From contig ACYB01000040.1 in the NCBI GenBank assembly GCA_000175855.1, positions 22,454 to 54,453 of the forward strand: a stretch of 32,000 nt of DNA. The letters run 5' to 3'. The stretch is from Raphidiopsis brookii D9. GTDB taxonomy: Bacteria; Cyanobacteriota; Cyanobacteriia; Cyanobacteriales; Nostocaceae. How positions within the stretch are numbered: the first letter of the stretch is position 1; each line of letters opens with the position of its first letter. A model generated the notes under the pieces. That model made no database searches and was not told the origin of the DNA. It saw nothing but the letters and a program-made list of their open reading frames with translations. Of the stretch, positions 27,907 to 32,000 are shown piece after piece. Made by a program: the position numbers and the translations under genes.

Positions 27907-29045
27907 ATGAAACATAATCCTTACAATTGGATAGAAGAATCGTTAAATACTATTCATCGGGCTGACTGGTATCGTTCTGTACAAACTATTAACAGTCCCC
28001 CGGGTGCAGTTGTGATCCTATCCGGGCAAAAGATGATCAATTTTGCCAGTAATGATTATTTGGGATTAGCTGCTGATGATAATCTCAAAATGTCTGCTAT
28101 AGAAGCCATTCGTCAGTTTGGTACGGGAAGCACAGGTTCCCGATTACTCACCGGAGATCGTCAATTACACAGGGAATTAGAGCAGGCGATCGCATCTACC
28201 AAACAAACAGAAGATGCTGTGGTATTTAGTTCGGGTTATTTAGCTAATGTGGGGACAATTACTGCATTGGTAGGGAAAAGAGATATCATATTTTCCGATC
28301 AGTACAATCATTCCAGTTTAAAAAGTGGAGGGATTTTGAGTGGGGGAACCGTGATAGAATATCCCCACTGTGACATGATAGTTTTAGAAAAGAAATTAAA
28401 GGAGGAGCGACAAAAATACCGTCGTTGTTTAATAGTCACAGATAGTGTGTTTAGTATGGATGGGGATTTATGTCCCTTACCGAACCTGTTAGATTTAGCT
28501 GAGGAATTCAACAGTATGTTACTGATAGACGAGGCACATGCGACTGGGGTGATGGGTAAAAGTGGCGCTGGGTGTGTAGAGCATTTTAATTGTACAGGTA
28601 GGGAATTAATTCAAATTGGCACATTAAGTAAAGCCCTGGGGAGTTTAGGAGGTTATGCTACGGGGAGTAGCGCATTAATTGACTTTCTCAGAAATCGCGC
28701 ACCCAGTTGGATTTATAGTACAGCTCTGTCACCAGCAGACACTGCTGCTGCACTTGCGGGAATAAATGTAGTGCAAAAAGAACCAGAACGAAGAAAAAGA
28801 TTATGGGAGAATGTTAATTATTTACAAAAAGTGGTGAAAGAGAACCTAGGGAAACTAAAAATATTACCAACCCAGTCCCCATATTATGTTTTGAGCTACC
28901 TGATGCTGCAACAGCATTGCAGGTGGGAAAATACCTAAGAGAAGAAGGTATTTTTGCTCCAGCTATTCGTCCTCCCACCGTTCCCACAAGTCGGATCAGA
29001 ATTACAATAATGGCAACCCATAACAGGGAGCATATTGATAAGCTA
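27907..29045 (+). pseudogene. bioF: 8-amino-7-oxononanoate synthase, frameshifted (pseudogene or assembly indel)
   Basis: The ORF carries [18 protein letters not shown] and the PLP-lysine [12 protein letters not shown], then degenerates after ...PTQSP at 28880. Re-reading A28881 (one base back, i.e. restoring a fifth C to the C4 run at 28877-28880) gives [54 protein letters not shown], which is the BioF C-terminus. A second possible 1-nt loss near 29040 would extend it to ...[13 protein letters not shown] at 29071. Confidence 0.85.
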
Positions 29046-29075
29046 GTGGATAGTTTGCAACGGATATCCTAACTG

Positions 29076-30497
29076 ATGATAACACCAATAGAAGTGCGTA
29101 ACCCCCGCACAGGTAAATTTGATTATGTGATTGTTCCCCCACCAGCAAAACTCCTTTCCCAGCAGTGTCATAGACTGCGTAGGGGACAAATCTCTTGGCA
29201 GAAAATTGGTGTTGAAGGAAGAATAGAAACTCTAAAGCACTTTCGAGAATCTATAGTACGTGAATATAATTTATTAAAAAATGCTTTAGTTAGTGATACG
29301 GGGAGATTAGGAACGTCAACATTGGAGATAGATATTTTCTTAAATAACATTGATAAATGGTGTAACTTAGCTCCTCAACTGTTACAGTCAACAGCCAAAA
29401 ATACATCGATTCCCTTTATTAGTTTAAGACAACAACTAGCTCCGTACAGACTAGTTGGGATCATAAGTCCCAGTCATTTTCCCTTATTGACATCAACAAT
29501 TGATGCTATTCCTGCTCTGTTAGCGGGTTGTGCAGTAATTATCAAACCCAGTGAACTAACACCCCGGTTTTTTGGCAATCTCATGACTATCATCAATAAA
29601 ATTAATAAACTAAAAGATGTATTAACCTGCATTGAAGGTGGACCAGAGACAGGGACAATTTTAATAGATGAAGTAGATCTAATTTGTTTTCGAGGTAGTT
29701 TACAAACAGGGAGACTAGTTGCTCAAAATGCTGCTAGGAATTTTATTCCAGCTTTTTTAGAATTAGGAGGAAAAGATCCAGCCATTATTTTAGAATCTGC
29801 CAATTTAGATTTAGCAGCTTCGGCAATTTTATGGTCAGCAGTTATGAATAGAGGTGGTTCATCAATTGAAAGAATTTACGTTGCGGAATCTATATATGAA
29901 GAGTTTTATCACCTACTAATCACTAAAACCCATCAATTAAAATTTGCCTATCCCGACATTGAAAGTGGAGAAATAGGACCAATTATGTCTGAAAATCAGG
30001 CCAAAATTATCAATAACCACCTACAAGATGCAATAAAAAAGGGAGCAGTAATTCATTGTGGAGGGAAAGTTGAAGAGATGGAGGGTACTTGGTGGTGTAA
30101 ACCTACAGTCCTGACCCAAGTAAATCATTCCATGAAAATCATGATGGAACAAACCTTTGGTCCGATCATGCCCATCATGAGCTTTTCCACGGTTGAAGAA
30201 GCAGTGAATTTGGCTAATGATTCCATTTATGGATTGAATGCTGCCATATTTGCTGAATCAGAAGAATTAGCGGTAGAAATTGGTATGGAATTAGATGTGG
30301 GCACCATTAGTATTAATGATGCAGGTCTAACAGCTATTATGCAAGAGGGGGAAAATCATCCCCTAAAATTTTCTGGTTTAGGAGGATCTCGCATGGGTAA
30401 CTCAGTTTTTAAAAACTTCCTCCGAACTAAGGCTTTCTTAATAAAAACTAACGATCTTAACGATCCTTGGTGGTTCAATATAGAACAATCTATTTAA
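29076..30497 (+). CDS. Aldehyde dehydrogenase family protein with Ser at the catalytic Cys position
   Basis: 473-aa ORF. IKPSELTP, FRGSLQTGRLV, ELGGKDP, EQTFGPIMPI and NDSIYGLNAAIF are ALDH motifs. NRGGSSIER sits where the FxNxGQxC nucleophile motif is expected. Confidence 0.8.
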   Translation: MITPIEVRNPRTGKFDYVIVPPPAKLLSQQCHRLRRGQISWQKIGVEGRIETLKHFRESIVREYNLLKNALVSDTGRLGTSTLEIDIFLNNIDKWCNLAPQLLQSTAKNTSIPFISLRQQLAPYRLVGIISPSHFPLLTSTIDAIPALLAGCAVIIKPSELTPRFFGNLMTIINKINKLKDVLTCIEGGPETGTILIDEVDLICFRGSLQTGRLVAQNAARNFIPAFLELGGKDPAIILESANLDLAASAILWSAVMNRGGSSIERIYVAESIYEEFYHLLITKTHQLKFAYPDIESGEIGPIMSENQAKIINNHLQDAIKKGAVIHCGGKVEEMEGTWWCKPTVLTQVNHSMKIMMEQTFGPIMPIMSFSTVEEAVNLANDSIYGLNAAIFAESEELAVEIGMELDVGTISINDAGLTAIMQEGENHPLKFSGLGGSRMGNSVFKNFLRTKAFLIKTNDLNDPWWFNIEQSI

Positions 30498-32000
30498 ACT
30501 CCCACACCTTCCAACTGTTCATCAGTCAACTCATACAACTGACGCAGTTGATTTAGTCTATTTTCATCCGCATTCCACAAACCTCGACCATGTGCTTCTA
30601 ACATCCTGCTGACAATATTCCTAAATGCTTCTGGGTTAGCTTGACGCAATTTTTCCGCCATTTCCTGATCTAAAGCATAGGTATCTGCTGCTTGTTCATA
30701 AACCCAATGGTCTCTAAAATCCACGGTTCCCCCCCATCCAATTAAAGCTGTCATCCGCTGGGAAATTTCAAAAGCACCTCCCGAACCTTGATTGGCCATG
30801 GAGTTAGCCCATTTAGGATTTAATAACTTAGTTCTGTACTCCATTCTTAATAAATCATCTAAATTCCTGGGTGTGGTGTCTTTAGAAAAACTCTCCACAA
30901 AACTAGCTGTCACTCGCTTTCCACTTTGCTGCTCTGCAGCTTTTTTCAACCCCCCTGTGTTGGCATAATACTCTTGAATGTCAGTTAAACCATACTCTAC
31001 AGAGTCTATTTCCTGGACTATGCGATCGCTTGTTTTTAATAAGGTTTGTAATACCTCTGGTCTAGCTTGTCCTTTGTCTTGACGACCATAACTAAAAACA
31101 TTGCGACTTTCCCAGGTTTTGCCTAATTCATCACCACTATCCCAATTACCATCAACTACCCGGTCATTAACCAAAGAACCGAAATCACCGGAGGGGTTAG
31201 AAAACAATCTAGCTGATGAATTTTCTATTCCCTGTGCTTGTAAGAGCAAAGCATGTTTTCTAATAAAATTCCACTCTTGAGGTTCATCAATTTGTGCTGC
31301 TCGCAGGAATAAATCATCCAACAGTTCAATAATATTCACAAAGCTATCGCGGAAAATACCTGATAGATTACCCAGCACATCAATTCTAGGATGTCCCACA
31401 GTTTCTAGAGGTTTTAAATCGTATCTGACAATTCTTCCTGTTCCTTCCTTCACTGGTTCAGCACCTACCAACTCTAATAAAATCCCCAGGGATTCACCTT
31501 TAGTTTTAATTGCATCTAAACCCCATAATAAAACTGCTACGGTTTCTGGATAGGAGTGATGTTCTTGTAGATGCTGGTCAAGGATTTTGCGGGCAATTTC
31601 CCTACCTCGCTCATAAGCAGCGGGAGAAGGCATTCTATAGGGATCTAAAGCATGAATATTTCTCCCCGTAGGTAATACACCCGGACCATCTCTCAACAAA
31701 TCTCCACCAGGTGCGGGGGGAATATACTCACCATTTAATCCTCGTAATAAGTTGGTTAATTCATCGGTGGACTGGTTTAATAAATCTACAATTAGATTTT
31801 CTTGAGATTTTTGGGATTCTTTTTGCACTTCAGTTCCTTCTCCAAAATAGGCGTTCAAATAACCAGTTAGTTCTTCTTCATTAGGCGGTTCACCTAAAGT
31901 GTGCAATCCAGAAGAAAATAGACGGTTTTCCAATACCTGTAGGTACTCATATAACTTAACTAAATAATGTTCAAAAGCATGAACACTAAACATTTTGACA
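30494..32000 (-). CDS. Magnesium chelatase H-subunit (ChlH/BchH, CobN family), C-terminal ~500 aa; gene continues beyond the right edge
   Basis: The reading frame stays open through position 32000. PTGRNIHALDPYRMPS is ChlH-type, unlike CobN. Also contains LWGLDAIKTKGES, GHPRIDV and the C-terminal MLEAHGRGLWNADENRLNQLRQLY. Confidence 0.8.
   Translation of the reverse strand, partial: VKMFSVHAFEHYLVKLYEYLQVLENRLFSSGLHTLGEPPNEEELTGYLNAYFGEGTEVQKESQKSQENLIVDLLNQSTDELTNLLRGLNGEYIPPAPGGDLLRDGPGVLPTGRNIHALDPYRMPSPAAYERGREIARKILDQHLQEHHSYPETVAVLLWGLDAIKTKGESLGILLELVGAEPVKEGTGRIVRYDLKPLETVGHPRIDVLGNLSGIFRDSFVNIIELLDDLFLRAAQIDEPQEWNFIRKHALLLQAQGIENSSARLFSNPSGDFGSLVNDRVVDGNWDSGDELGKTWESRNVFSYGRQDKGQARPEVLQTLLKTSDRIVQEIDSVEYGLTDIQEYYANTGGLKKAAEQQSGKRVTASFVESFSKDTTPRNLDDLLRMEYRTKLLNPKWANSMANQGSGGAFEISQRMTALIGWGGTVDFRDHWVYEQAADTYALDQEMAEKLRQANPEAFRNIVSRMLEAHGRGLWNADENRLNQLRQLYELTDEQLEGVGV

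Noticed and set aside
30491-30500. Convergent ALDH and ChlH genes overlap at their stop codons within the palindrome TTTAAA
   Set aside because: The overlap is real (TAA at 30495-30497 on the plus strand, TAA complement at 30494-30496). It is a trivial consequence of a palindromic stop context, and no functional implication can be supported.

Overview
AT-rich cyanobacterial DNA: nine copies of the HIP1 octamer GCGATCGC, and gene content that looks Nostocales-like. All family calls come from reading motifs by eye; no searches were run.

Most of the window (about 0.4-24.8 kb) is a sulfur-scavenging island.
- Left arm (minus strand): a Tas-like aldo-keto reductase and a CPFC GST-like protein.
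- Operon 1 (plus strand): a DHAR/omega-like GST, an exported formylglycine-generating enzyme, an exported Cys-type arylsulfatase and a BASS/SLC10 transporter.
- Operon 2 (plus strand): ssuB-ssuA-ssuA-ssuC-ssuD-ssuE, then an exported tandem rhodanese, an unannotated 57-aa secreted peptide ORF, a YeeE/YedE thiosulfate-type transporter, metY and metX.
- Minus strand: an ABC exporter, then an Amidohydro_2-type amidohydrolase paired with a DszA/NtaA-type flavin monooxygenase.

The right end carries a DrrA-like ABC-2 efflux pair with a MarR regulator, then ruvA, bioF, an ALDH-family gene and the 3' part of a ChlH-type chelatase gene.

Main observations:
1. Many island proteins are almost free of Cys and Met (sulfur sparing). 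This includes the uncharacterised amidohydrolase/monooxygenase pair, the best candidate here for an undescribed organosulfur module.
2. The two main operons share a colinear three-block promoter architecture with identical spacing.
3. The rhodanese, peptide, YeeE and MetY/MetX genes form a possible thiosulfate-to-homocysteine route that lacks YeeD.
4. There are five well-supported and two tentative single-base frameshifts (second ssuA, ABC ATPase, marR, bioF twice, possibly BASS). Four sit in short homopolymers. They indicate either assembly indels or genome erosion.
5. The ALDH homolog has Ser at the catalytic Cys position.

No tRNA, rRNA, CRISPR array or transposase was seen.
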